DNA of 54,811 nucleotides, taken from NCBI GenBank assembly GCA_036389075.1, contig DASVQO010000546.1:1-54811 (forward strand), in the 5' to 3' direction. Shown one piece after another: positions 16,377 through 25,064 of the stretch. The stretch's first letter is position 1. Each line of letters starts with the position of its first letter. The translations under genes were made by a program, and so were the position numbers. Below the pieces are notes generated by a model that was given only the letters and a program-made list of their open reading frames with translations, was not told the origin of the DNA and ran no database searches. This DNA is from Chloroflexia bacterium (GTDB lineage: Bacteria > Chloroflexota > Chloroflexia > QHBQ01 > JADMIH01).

Positions 16377-18644
16377 ATGGAGACCCGGCGTTACAGCTTT
16401 CGCACTTTGACGATACTCGGCATACTCGTGCCGCTACTGATTGCCGCTACCTTTGCCCTCGCCTCACGCTTCACTGCCACCGCGCAGGCCGCGCCGGGCC
16501 AGCCCCTCAGCCCCGACGCCCTATCGGAGCCGCTGCCCGCCGGAGTGTCCGTAGAGACCGTGCTGCCCAATATGAACCAGCCCATAGCTATGGCCTTTGA
16601 TCCTTCCGGCCGCTTGTTCTACACCGAAAAAGGGTCGGGTAAGGTGCGTCTGTTCCAAAACGGGACGCTGGAAGCCACTGCCGTTTATACGTTTGCTGTA
16701 AACGCGGCCGGTGAGCAGGGTCTGTTGGGTATCGCGCTGGACCCTGCCTTCAGCACAAATCATTACATTTATGTCTATTACACTTGCGGTGATTGCGCAA
16801 CCCCCGAGAACCGGGTAGTGCGCATTACAGAAAATGCGGGAGTAGGGTCCAACCCCCAGTTGCTCCTTTCGATACCCAACGATACCCAGTGCAACAATCA
16901 CAACGGTGGGAACATCCACTTCGGCCCGGATGGCAAGCTGTATGTAAGTGTCGGTGACGATGGCTGTACGCCCGCAAAGTCGCAAGATATGAGCCTCATG
17001 AACGGCAAGATACTTCGTATCGAGCCATCTAACGGCGCTGCCCCATCCGACAACCCCTTCTCAGGCGACCAGACCGTATCCGAGAAGCGCATTTACGCCC
17101 GTGGGCTGCGCAATCCCTTCGACTTCACGTTCGATAGCGTGGTGTCGGGCCGCATCTTCGGCAGCGAGAACGGGCCTAATTGCGACGACGAGATGAACCG
17201 TATCGAAGCAGGCTTCAACTACGGCTGGCGTGCCGTACAATGTGAGGACAGCAATCCCGACCCCCAGTACAACACAATCAGGCCCCTCTGGTATCTTGGT
17301 AGTGGCTCTCCTGACACCACGACCTGTTGCATAGCGCCCACCGGCATCGAGGTCTACCGCAGCGCTGCCATCCTACAGTGGACCAACCACCTGTTCATGT
17401 GCGCCTACCGCAACGGTAACGGTGCCCTGTATCATTTCTACCTCAACCAGGACCGCACTGACCTCACAAGCTCGTCGGCGTTCGCGACCGTTTCGGGCGT
17501 AAATTGTAGCATGGACGTCGAGACAGGCCCGGATGGCGCGCTGTACTATATTGAAGGAGGCGGTTACGGCCCTGGCACGCTGAAGCGAGTAAGGGCCACC
17601 GGCCCGCAGGTGACCAACACCCCCGCCCCCAGCAGCACCTCCACCGGCAGCACCACCCCCACCCGCACCGGCACGGCCACGCCTACCCGCACCGCGACAC
17701 GCACCGCCACCGCCTCGCCTACCGCCATCTGCGATGTATCCTTCCAGGACGTAGCGGTTGACAACACCTTCTACCCCTACATCAGTTGTCTTGCCTGCAA
17801 GGGCATCGTGAGCGGCTACCCGTGCGGCGGGCCGGGCGAACCGTGCGGCGGCACCGGCGACCCGTACTACAGGCCGGGGGCCAACATCACGCGAGGCCAG
17901 ATCTCGAAGATAGTGTCCGAGGCGGCGGGCTTCACAGAAGACCCCGGCGCGCAGGTATACCAGGACGTAGCGCCCGGCAGTCCCTTCTACGAGTGGATCA
18001 ACCGCCTATCGCACAGGGGCTACATGAGCGGCTACAAATGCGGCGGGCCGGGCGAACCCTGCCAGGCGGGGAGCAGGCCCTACTTCCGCCCCGGCAGCTA
18101 CACCACCAGGGGCCAGCTATCCAAGATCGTAGCCAATGCCGCCGAGCTAGACGCCCCCGTATCAGGCCAGACCTACGCCGACGTGCCGGAGAGCACCGAC
18201 CCCAGCTCATTCTACCCCTACATCGAACGCCTCTCGGCCCGCAACGTCATGGGTGGCTACCCCTGCGGCACCGGCGGCCCCAACAGCGGCCCCTGCGACG
18301 ACCAGAGCCGCCCCTACTTCCGTCCCGCCAACAACGTCACACGAGGCCAGGCAGCCAAGATCGTAGCCAACACCTTCTATCCCGGCTGCCGGCGCGCCGT
18401 GGACATCCGCAACTTCGCCTACAGGCCGGCCGAGGTCACCGTCAAAGCGGGCACCACCGTCCGCTGGACCAACTACGACCTCGACTACCACACCGTCACC
18501 TCCGCGGACCCCGGCGGCCCCCTCGACAGCCCGCCCATCCAGCGCGACGAGACCTACACCTACACCTTCGCCTCCCCGGGCGAGTACCAGTACTACTGCG
18601 TCCCTCACCCCTACATGCAGGGCAAGGTGATAGTCACACCGTAA
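16377..18644 (+). CDS. PQQ-dependent sugar (glucose/sorbosone) dehydrogenase fused to three SLH-like domains and a C-terminal amicyanin-like cupredoxin
   Basis: Signal/TM is ILGILVPLLIAATFALA. GSDH motifs are SGRLFYTEKGSGKVRLF and GEQGLLGIALDPAFSTNHYIYVYYT. The P/T linker spans 17611-17720. There are three SLH-like units. The C-terminus has YHTVTS...YQYYCVPHPYMQGKVIV (H...C-x2-H-x2-M type-1 copper ligands). The start was moved to ATG 16377. Confidence 0.85.
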   Translation: METRRYSFRTLTILGILVPLLIAATFALASRFTATAQAAPGQPLSPDALSEPLPAGVSVETVLPNMNQPIAMAFDPSGRLFYTEKGSGKVRLFQNGTLEATAVYTFAVNAAGEQGLLGIALDPAFSTNHYIYVYYTCGDCATPENRVVRITENAGVGSNPQLLLSIPNDTQCNNHNGGNIHFGPDGKLYVSVGDDGCTPAKSQDMSLMNGKILRIEPSNGAAPSDNPFSGDQTVSEKRIYARGLRNPFDFTFDSVVSGRIFGSENGPNCDDEMNRIEAGFNYGWRAVQCEDSNPDPQYNTIRPLWYLGSGSPDTTTCCIAPTGIEVYRSAAILQWTNHLFMCAYRNGNGALYHFYLNQDRTDLTSSSAFATVSGVNCSMDVETGPDGALYYIEGGGYGPGTLKRVRATGPQVTNTPAPSSTSTGSTTPTRTGTATPTRTATRTATASPTAICDVSFQDVAVDNTFYPYISCLACKGIVSGYPCGGPGEPCGGTGDPYYRPGANITRGQISKIVSEAAGFTEDPGAQVYQDVAPGSPFYEWINRLSHRGYMSGYKCGGPGEPCQAGSRPYFRPGSYTTRGQLSKIVANAAELDAPVSGQTYADVPESTDPSSFYPYIERLSARNVMGGYPCGTGGPNSGPCDDQSRPYFRPANNVTRGQAAKIVANTFYPGCRRAVDIRNFAYRPAEVTVKAGTTVRWTNYDLDYHTVTSADPGGPLDSPPIQRDETYTYTFASPGEYQYYCVPHPYMQGKVIVTP

Positions 18645-18649
18645 AGCCC

Positions 18650-18683
18650 AATAGAAGGGTCCGTCCCCACCGGCCCTTCTATT
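18650..18683 (+). terminator. Terminator-like hairpin after the dehydrogenase gene
   Basis: aatagaaggg (18650-18659) pairs with cccttctatt (18674-18683). The T tract is weak. Confidence 0.45.
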
Positions 18684-18747
18684 CGTAAGGGCACGATGCA
18701 TCTCCCCGGCGGCCAACGAGAGTATTCAAAACCTGAGGACCAACTCC

Positions 18748-18899
18748 CGCCTTTGTCATTTCGAGCGCAGCGAGAAATCTCGTCCTACACCTGGATGTTC
18801 CCCCTTTCTTGCAGAAGGCGGCTGGTATAGCAGGAGAAAGGCGTTGTTTGGACGGTGAGGGACGAGATTTCTCGCTGCGCTCGAAATGACAAAGCCGCG
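18748..18899. mobile_element. MITE-like element, subfamily 1, copy B
   Basis: TIRs are ccgcctttgtcatttcgagcgcagcgagaaatctcgtcct (18748-18787) and agggacgagatttctcgctgcgctcgaaatgacaaagccgcg (18858-18899). The core (cacctggatgttcccc...aggagaaaggcg) is shared with copy A. Confidence 0.75.
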
Positions 18900-18969
18900 C
18901 GAGATCCCAGCGATTGAACATCGGGGTGCCCCTACGAACATGAGGGGCCTCCCGGGCACACTCAAGTGT

Positions 18970-18998
18970 TTGACATTTATCTGCCGCCTCACTATACT
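18970..18998 (+). promoter_or_regulatory. Sigma70-type promoter upstream of the ArsA-family gene
   Basis: TTGACA (18970-18975), a 17-nt spacer, then TATACT (18993-18998). This implies a leader of about 145 nt. Confidence 0.55.
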
Positions 18999-19148
18999 TC
19001 TACTTGTTGCAACTGGTAGCTGCTACAACAAGCAGCATGCTCGTAGGAGGTGGCGCCGACAACCTGGCGGCACCCGGCAACCACACCCCTGGCCCCGTTA
19101 TGCGGGGGGTGCGAGTAGTGTATCTGCTAGCTTCGGAAAGAGCCGGTT

Positions 19149-20315
19149 ATGCGTATCATCCTCTACACGGGCAAAGGCGGCGTTGGCAAGACAAGCGTCT
19201 CGGCGGCCACGGCGTTGCGCCTCGCCAAGATGGGCCACCGCACCCTCGTAATGAGCACTGACGCGGCCCACTCCCTGGCCGACTCGTACGACGTGCCCCT
19301 GGGCCACGAACCCGTGGAGGTCGCACCTAACCTGTGGGCGCAGGAGGTCTCCGTCCTGCACGAGGTGGACAAGTCCTGGGTCACCCTCCAGAAGTACATG
19401 AGCGCCCTCCTTTCGTGGCGCGGCATGGAGGACGTGGTGGCCGAGGAGATGACCGTGCTGCCCGGCGCGGAGGAGCTTGCCGGGTTGGTGCGCATCGTCA
19501 AGCACTACGACTCCGGCCTGTACGACTCCATCGTGGTGGACTGCGCGCCCACCGGCGACACCCTGCGCCTCCTCTCCTTCCCCGAGATCGCCAAGTGGTG
19601 GCTAGACAAGCTCTTCCCGATCCAGCGCCAGGCCGCCAAGATAATACGCCCCATAGCCCGCCGCGTCACCGACATGCCGATGCCCGAGGACGACGTGTTC
19701 GAGTCGATCAAGGTGCTCCTCACCCAGCTGGACCGCATCCACAACCTGCTGTCCGACCAGCAGATGACCTCCGTGCGCATCGTGCTCAACGCCGAGAAAA
19801 TGGTGGTCAAAGAGGCCCAGCGCGTGTATACCTACCTGTCGCTGTTCGGCTACTCTACCGACATGGTGGTGTGCAACCGCCTGTTTCCCGCCTCGATGGA
19901 AAGCCCCGCCATGCACAACTGGCGCGAGCTACAGAAGCGCAACCACGAGCTTATAGAACAGTGCTTCTCGCCCATCCCGATTTTCGACGTGCCGTTCTTC
20001 GACACCGAGGTGGTGGGCCTCGACATGCTCGACAAGATGGGCGACGCCGTGTTCGATGATGCCGACCCCGCGACCGTCTTCTTCAAGGGCAAGGTGCAGA
20101 CGATAGAGCCACAGGGCACCGGCTTCACGCTCAAGCTGCCCCTGCCCTTCGCCACCAAAGAGCAGGTTGACCTGCTGCAAACGGGCGACGAGCTTGTGGT
20201 GCAGGTGGGCGACTACAAGCGCAACCTGATCCTGCCCCGCGCCCTGGCGACTTTGCAGGTGGCGGGGGCCAAGCTGGACAACGGCGAGCTAAGGATCAAC
20301 TTCGCGAAGGTGTAG
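19149..20315 (+). CDS. ArsA/Get3-family anion-transporting-type ATPase
   Basis: P-loop is YTGKGGVGKTSVSAATA. STDAAHSLAD and DCAPTGDTLRLLSFPE are typical of ArsA/TRC40. Confidence 0.9.
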   Translation: MRIILYTGKGGVGKTSVSAATALRLAKMGHRTLVMSTDAAHSLADSYDVPLGHEPVEVAPNLWAQEVSVLHEVDKSWVTLQKYMSALLSWRGMEDVVAEEMTVLPGAEELAGLVRIVKHYDSGLYDSIVVDCAPTGDTLRLLSFPEIAKWWLDKLFPIQRQAAKIIRPIARRVTDMPMPEDDVFESIKVLLTQLDRIHNLLSDQQMTSVRIVLNAEKMVVKEAQRVYTYLSLFGYSTDMVVCNRLFPASMESPAMHNWRELQKRNHELIEQCFSPIPIFDVPFFDTEVVGLDMLDKMGDAVFDDADPATVFFKGKVQTIEPQGTGFTLKLPLPFATKEQVDLLQTGDELVVQVGDYKRNLILPRALATLQVAGAKLDNGELRINFAKV

Positions 20316-20405
20316 GGTTTAGGTTGCGCCACCGCACTGGCCGCGAGAATTCGCACGCCCACCGCTACGATGAGGCTAATGGCACAGGACCACGGCGACC
20401 CTGCT

Positions 20406-20559
20406 CCCCTTGTCATCCTGAGCGTAGCGAAGGATCAGGTGGGTAGGCGAGAGTCTGCAACGAGCAGGATGCTGGCGGCTAACGAAACATTGGTGCCTAA
20501 GAAGCAAGAGTCAAACACGGGCCACTGATCCTTCGCTACGCTCAGGATGACAAGGAGGA
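20406..20559. mobile_element. MITE-like element, subfamily 2 (GTCATCCTGAGCGTAGCGAAGGATC type), intact copy
   Basis: TIRs are ccccttgtcatcctgagcgtagcgaaggatcag (20406-20437) and ctgatccttcgctacgctcaggatgacaaggagg (20526-20559). The core motif gcaagagtcaaacacgg is shared with the outer element at 35119-35416. Confidence 0.75.
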
Positions 20560-20622
20560 GCGTTGTACTGTTATTCCTCAGCGTGTGATAGTCCTACCGG
20601 GTTTGACCGGCAGCGGTTTTCC

Positions 20623-20651
20623 TTGCAATGTGACATTGACGGTGGTATAGT
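20623..20651 (+). promoter_or_regulatory. Sigma70-type promoter upstream of the small ORF and rpoD
   Basis: TTGCAA (20623-20628), a 17-nt spacer ending in TGG, then TATAGT (20646-20651). Confidence 0.5.
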
Positions 20652-20745
20652 TGGGTACCTGGAGGAAGGGTGACTGAAGGCCCCCGTGCGGCACGCGTGA
20701 GAGGGGGCACCAGACGAGCCACCGGCCCCAGCGAGAGGGAGACAA

Positions 20746-21009
20746 ATGGAGGAAACGGTAGCGCCAGGGACCCGGCCCGCGCCACCCTATACGGACCAGG
20801 CAAGGCCCGCCTCGCCGGAGCCTGCCGCTCTTACGTTGCAGGACCTCCTCGACCAGGCCAGGCAGCTACTGCCCGAGGAAACCTACCGGCACCTCCAAAA
20901 CGCCACCCGCGAGACCCTGCTGGCCGGCTACAGCCTTTGGCAGCACCTCAATAAGTCCATGTCCGCCAACTCCGGCAAGAAGGTCCGCAAACGCATCGAC
21001 GTGGAGTAA
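20746..21009 (+). CDS. Small hypothetical protein (87 aa) immediately upstream of rpoD
   Basis: GGGAG lies before the ATG. The C-terminal half looks helical and protein-like (LTLQDLLDQARQLLPEETYRHLQNATRETLLAGYSLWQHL). The overlapping ORF 20670..20954 looks like an off-frame artefact. Confidence 0.45.
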   Translation: MEETVAPGTRPAPPYTDQARPASPEPAALTLQDLLDQARQLLPEETYRHLQNATRETLLAGYSLWQHLNKSMSANSGKKVRKRIDVE

Positions 21010-21068
21010 TTGCGAATTACGCGTGTCAAAATGTAATTCGCAATTCGCAATTCGCAATTCGCAATTCG
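21008..21068. repeat. Heptamer array (GCAATTC)x5 with a hairpin-forming inverted partner
   Basis: aattgcgaattac (21008-21020) pairs with gtaattcgcaatt (21033-21045). The array gtaattc(gcaattc)x4 gcaattcg runs to 21068, 15 nt before the rpoD ATG. Confidence 0.75.
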
Positions 21069-21083
21069 GAGAACCCGCTACAC

Positions 21084-22643
21084 ATGGCCGATGCCACCCA
21101 CCACGACGACAACCCCATAAAAGGCCAGGGAAAGCGCAAACGCCCGGCTGCCGAGGGTAGCGCGAACGGCACTCCCCAGTCTTCGCGCACCAAGCGCAAG
21201 GCCGCGGCGGCCAACCTGCCCCCCTTCATCATCGTTGACGATGTGGCCTACCTCGACCCCGATGAGGAGAACCTCGCCGCGTCCAAGGAGAAGATCGACA
21301 TCTCCTCTATGGATGACCTCGACGTGGCCGAGCGGTTCGACCTGGGCGACACATTGTCCCGCTCGGGTGGCGCGCGCGGCGACAGCCTCGTAGATTTGCT
21401 GGACGAGGCGTTCGATACGCTGGCCCTCGATGAGGCGGACGGCGATAGCCGCCCCACGAAGGTAGAGCGCACCATAACGCGCACCAGCACCTCCATCAGC
21501 GCCGTAGACGCCAACGGCGTCGTGGGCCGCGTGGAGATTGACGAAATCGCCATCACGGAGCCTACCGCCGAGACCGAGTTCGAGGAAGAAGGCGAGCCGG
21601 ACCTGGACGAGCTTGTGAAAGTGGACGCGGCCGTCGAGGTGGACAAGCCGGAGGAGCTGGAACGGTTCATCGACCGCGCCCTCACGATGGAAGGCGTGTC
21701 GGTGGACGACTCGGTGCGTATCTACCTGCGCGAGATAGGCCGCACCGCCCTCCTCAAATCGCCCGATGAAAGCGCCCTCGCCGAGCGCATGACCCAGGGG
21801 CGCAACGCCGTAGCCGAGATGGAGATGCTCAAGGAGAGCCTCAACGACGGCAGCCTCGACCCCGCCGTGCTGGAGGCCCGCATGCGCGAGCTTGAGGCCC
21901 TCAAGCGGTCGGGCGACCAGGCCAAGCAGATACTCGTGCAGGCCAACCTGCGCCTCGTGGTGAGCATCGCCCGCCGCTACATAGGCCGCGGCCTCTCGCT
22001 GCTCGACCTCGTGCAGGAAGGTAACATCGGCCTGATGAAGGCGGCGGACAAGTTCGACCACCGCAAGGGCTTCAAGTTCTCCACTTACGCCACGTGGTGG
22101 ATACGCCAGGCCATCACCCGCGCCATCTCGGACCAGAGCCGCACGATTCGCCTCCCCGTGCACGTCACCGAGATGGTCACCAAGCTGCGCCGGGCCGCCC
22201 ACGAGCTTCAGCAGCAGCTCCTGCGCGAGCCGACCGAGGAGGAGCTTGGCAAGGAGCTTGGCATGCCCGCCGAGAGGGTGCGCCGCATACTCGATATGGC
22301 CCGCCACCCCGCCTCCCTCGACGCGCCCATGGAAGAGGGGGAAGACAGCTTCTTGGGCGACTTCATCGAGGACGAGAGCACGGGCGCGCCGGAGGAAGAG
22401 GCCAGCCGCCAGATGCTCAAGGAGCAGGTCGAGGACATCCTGAGCAAGCTGACCGAGCGCGAGCGCAAGATACTTGAGATGCGCTACGGCCTCGCCGACG
22501 ACCGCCCCCGCACGCTTGAGGAAGTGGCCCGCGAGTTCAACATCACCCGCGAGCGCATCCGCCAGATCGAGACCCGCATCCTCCGCAAGCTGCGCTACGC
22601 CCGCTACGGCGCGAGCAAGCTCAAGGGCTACCTGGACTACTAG
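21084..22643 (+). CDS. rpoD: Primary RNA polymerase sigma factor (sigma-70 family, RpoD/SigA)
   Basis: Region 1.2/2 has [24 protein letters not shown] and [17 protein letters not shown]-like [40 protein letters not shown]. Region 4 has [20 protein letters not shown]. The N-terminal region is acidic. Confidence 0.95.
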   Translation: MADATHHDDNPIKGQGKRKRPAAEGSANGTPQSSRTKRKAAAANLPPFIIVDDVAYLDPDEENLAASKEKIDISSMDDLDVAERFDLGDTLSRSGGARGDSLVDLLDEAFDTLALDEADGDSRPTKVERTITRTSTSISAVDANGVVGRVEIDEIAITEPTAETEFEEEGEPDLDELVKVDAAVEVDKPEELERFIDRALTMEGVSVDDSVRIYLREIGRTALLKSPDESALAERMTQGRNAVAEMEMLKESLNDGSLDPAVLEARMRELEALKRSGDQAKQILVQANLRLVVSIARRYIGRGLSLLDLVQEGNIGLMKAADKFDHRKGFKFSTYATWWIRQAITRAISDQSRTIRLPVHVTEMVTKLRRAAHELQQQLLREPTEEELGKELGMPAERVRRILDMARHPASLDAPMEEGEDSFLGDFIEDESTGAPEEEASRQMLKEQVEDILSKLTERERKILEMRYGLADDRPRTLEEVAREFNITRERIRQIETRILRKLRYARYGASKLKGYLDY

Positions 22644-22687
22644 CAAGGCTTAACGCGGCGGTGATGTGGCGAGAGGCCGCCCTGCAT

Positions 22688-22812
22688 GGCGCCCTGTGGC
22701 TAAAGCCACGGGCTGACAAGCAGCGAAGTCTCCTTCGGAGACTACCCTCACGTTGCTTAGTCCCCGCAGGGGACTTTGCCACTTCTCAGCCCGTGGCTTT
22801 AGCCACAGGGCG
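22688..22812. repeat. Multi-hairpin palindromic element, copy 1 (27-bp perfect terminal inverted repeats)
   Basis: cgccctgtggctaaagccacgggctga (22690-22716) is the reverse complement of 22786-22812. Internal hairpins are agtctcc-ttc-ggagact and agtcccc-gca-ggggact. Confidence 0.7.
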
Positions 22813-22923
22813 TCCCCCCCTCTTGTGTTTTGTGCCCTACTTCAAAGCACAGGTTGCGCTTTACCCTCTCAACGCGACGGCCACTCCCCGAAACTTCTAT
22901 CCCATTAGAAACAGACAAGGAAC

Positions 22924-24990
22924 ATGGAAAGATCAAGACGACGATCAAGATCCCGGCGGCCCCTGCTTTGGCTCTCTATATTGCTGGTCCTCGGGGGCCT
23001 GGTGTACGGTATCTATAATCTAACCGGGCAATATTTCGACGCCTCCCGCGCCGGTGGCACTACCCCGTCACCCGCTATAGACGAATGGCCCGCCTACATG
23101 CAAAACGGGGCGCGCACCGGCTTCAACGCGGGCGAGACGCGCCTCTCCCCCGCCAACGCCGCCAACCTCAAGCTGCTCTGGAAGGCCCAGCTTGGCAACG
23201 TGCTAGCCGCCCAGCCTATCGTCAAAGACGGCGTGGTGTACGCAGGCTCCTGGAACGGCTTCCTGTACGCCTTCAATACGAAGGACGGCTCCCAGCTCTG
23301 GAAGAAAGACCTGGGACGCACCACCTCCAAACGTTGCGTGCCCGACACCGCCGGGATTAGCTCGGCACCCGCCGTCACGGACGACGCCCTCTACATAGGC
23401 GGCGGCGACGAGTACTTCTACGCCCTCAACCCCAAAACCGGCGTGGAGCTTTGGAAGTTCAAGACCGGCGACAACAGCGAGGCGGGCGGCGCGTACAACT
23501 GGGCCTCCCCTATCGTGCATGAGGGCCGGGTCTACACCGGCATCGCCTCCTTCTGCGATAGGCCGTTCGCCCACGGCGTGATGTGGGGCCTCAATACCAG
23601 AACGGGCGTGGTCGAGCAGCAGGTGAGCTTCGTGCCGCAGGACCAGCGAGGCGGCGGCATCTGGACCTCGCCCGCTGTAGACGCCGCTACCGGCAGCTTC
23701 TACGTAACCACCGGCTCCGGCGACTACTACATCCAGCACAGCTACAGCCTGGCCCGCCTCAACCCCGGCACCCTGGCCGTGGAGGACGCCTGGCAGATAC
23801 CCATCGACACGCAGGTGTTCGACGGCGACTGGGGCACCACCCCCACCCTATTCAGGCACCGCGACGGCAGGCTGATGTCGGGCGCGATGGCGAAGAACGG
23901 CTATTATTACGCCTTCGACACCGACAACATGCGCAAAGGCCCGGCCTGGAGCATGAAGATAGGCGATGGCGGCTCCTGCCCCCAGTGCGGCGACTCGATG
24001 ATCTCCTCCAGCGCTTACGCCTACGACACGGTGTTCGCCGCCAGTGGCTACATCTCGCTGGGCCAGGCGCAGAAGTTCGCGGGCATGGTGTACGCCCTCG
24101 ACCCCTCCACCGGCGGCGTCCGGTGGTCGCACCCCACGCAAGGCTCTGTCTTCGCGGCCCTGGCGGTGGCAAACGGGCTCATCGTCGCCGCCCCCGACGA
24201 CACGGTGGAGGTGCTGGACGCCGCAACCGGCAAGCTGCTGTGGGAGCACGCTACCGGCGGGGTGCTCTACGCCGCGCCTACGATAGCGGGCGGCACTCTC
24301 TATGTCGCTTCCACCGATGGCTACCTCTACGCCTTCAGCGCGGGACCGTACGGCGAGGCCACACAGCCGTATAAGGTCGAGACGGTAGGCAGCAACCCGC
24401 CCGGTTTCACCCCCTTCCGCACCCCCGTAGCGGCCCCCAGGCTACAGGGTGAGGAGCAGTGCTTCCAGGACACAGGTCACTGCGTGCGCGGGGGCTTCCT
24501 CGGTTTCTGGCGTGACAACGGCGGGCTTGACCGGCTTGGCCCCGCCGTGACGGATGAACTGAGCGAGGCCGGGCGCACCGTGCAGTACTTCCGCAACGCC
24601 GTGCTGGAGATAGGCCCCGACCTGGACGGCAGCGGCCCCCGCGTAAGGCTCGGCAGGCTCGATTTCCGCCTCTTTTACTACACACCCACCAGCAAAGCGT
24701 TCGACCCGGCGGAGCATACCGTCGATGCCACGTACGTGCCCGAGACGCACCACAACCTGTCCGAGCCGTTCCTTTCTTACTGGCGCGCTCATGGCGAGGT
24801 GCTGGGCCTGGGCTACCCGGTCAGCGAGCCGTTCGATGAGTACAGCGTGCTGGACGACACGGTGCGCCGGGTGCAGTACTTCGAGCGAGCGCGGCTGGAA
24901 CTGGTGGAGGGGCCGGGCGGCGCGAAGCAGGTAGTCATGGGCGCGCTCGGCCTGCAAAGGTACAAGCAGCGGTACGGCACGCTGCCCTAG
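22924..24990 (+). CDS. Membrane-anchored PQQ-like (BamB-type) beta-propeller protein with two C-terminal VQYFERARFE-type repeats
   Basis: N-terminal Arg-rich segment plus a TM helix (LLWLSILLVLGGLVYGI). Repeated motifs GVVYAGSWNGFLYAFNTKDGSQLWK, ALYIGGGDEYFYALNPKTGVELWKF and TLYVASTDGYLYAF. The C-terminus has TGHCVRGGFLGFW...GRTVQYFRNAVLE and HHNLSEPFLSYW...VRRVQYFERARLE. Confidence 0.8.
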   Translation: MERSRRRSRSRRPLLWLSILLVLGGLVYGIYNLTGQYFDASRAGGTTPSPAIDEWPAYMQNGARTGFNAGETRLSPANAANLKLLWKAQLGNVLAAQPIVKDGVVYAGSWNGFLYAFNTKDGSQLWKKDLGRTTSKRCVPDTAGISSAPAVTDDALYIGGGDEYFYALNPKTGVELWKFKTGDNSEAGGAYNWASPIVHEGRVYTGIASFCDRPFAHGVMWGLNTRTGVVEQQVSFVPQDQRGGGIWTSPAVDAATGSFYVTTGSGDYYIQHSYSLARLNPGTLAVEDAWQIPIDTQVFDGDWGTTPTLFRHRDGRLMSGAMAKNGYYYAFDTDNMRKGPAWSMKIGDGGSCPQCGDSMISSSAYAYDTVFAASGYISLGQAQKFAGMVYALDPSTGGVRWSHPTQGSVFAALAVANGLIVAAPDDTVEVLDAATGKLLWEHATGGVLYAAPTIAGGTLYVASTDGYLYAFSAGPYGEATQPYKVETVGSNPPGFTPFRTPVAAPRLQGEEQCFQDTGHCVRGGFLGFWRDNGGLDRLGPAVTDELSEAGRTVQYFRNAVLEIGPDLDGSGPRVRLGRLDFRLFYYTPTSKAFDPAEHTVDATYVPETHHNLSEPFLSYWRAHGEVLGLGYPVSEPFDEYSVLDDTVRRVQYFERARLELVEGPGGAKQVVMGALGLQRYKQRYGTLP

Positions 24991-25064
24991 CTGGCTTCAG
25001 GACGGCCCCCTAGCTTCGCGGCACACAGCAACGCTGTTCGTAATGCTGTAGAGAGGTAATCCAC

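Noticed and set aside
20670-20954. 94-aa ORF starting at GTG just after a GGAGG and overlapping the 87-aa ORF upstream of rpoD.
   Set aside because: The translation is Arg/Pro/Gly-rich with no secondary-structure-like periodicity. The overlapping frame (20746..21009) looks far more protein-like. This is kept only as an unresolved alternative.
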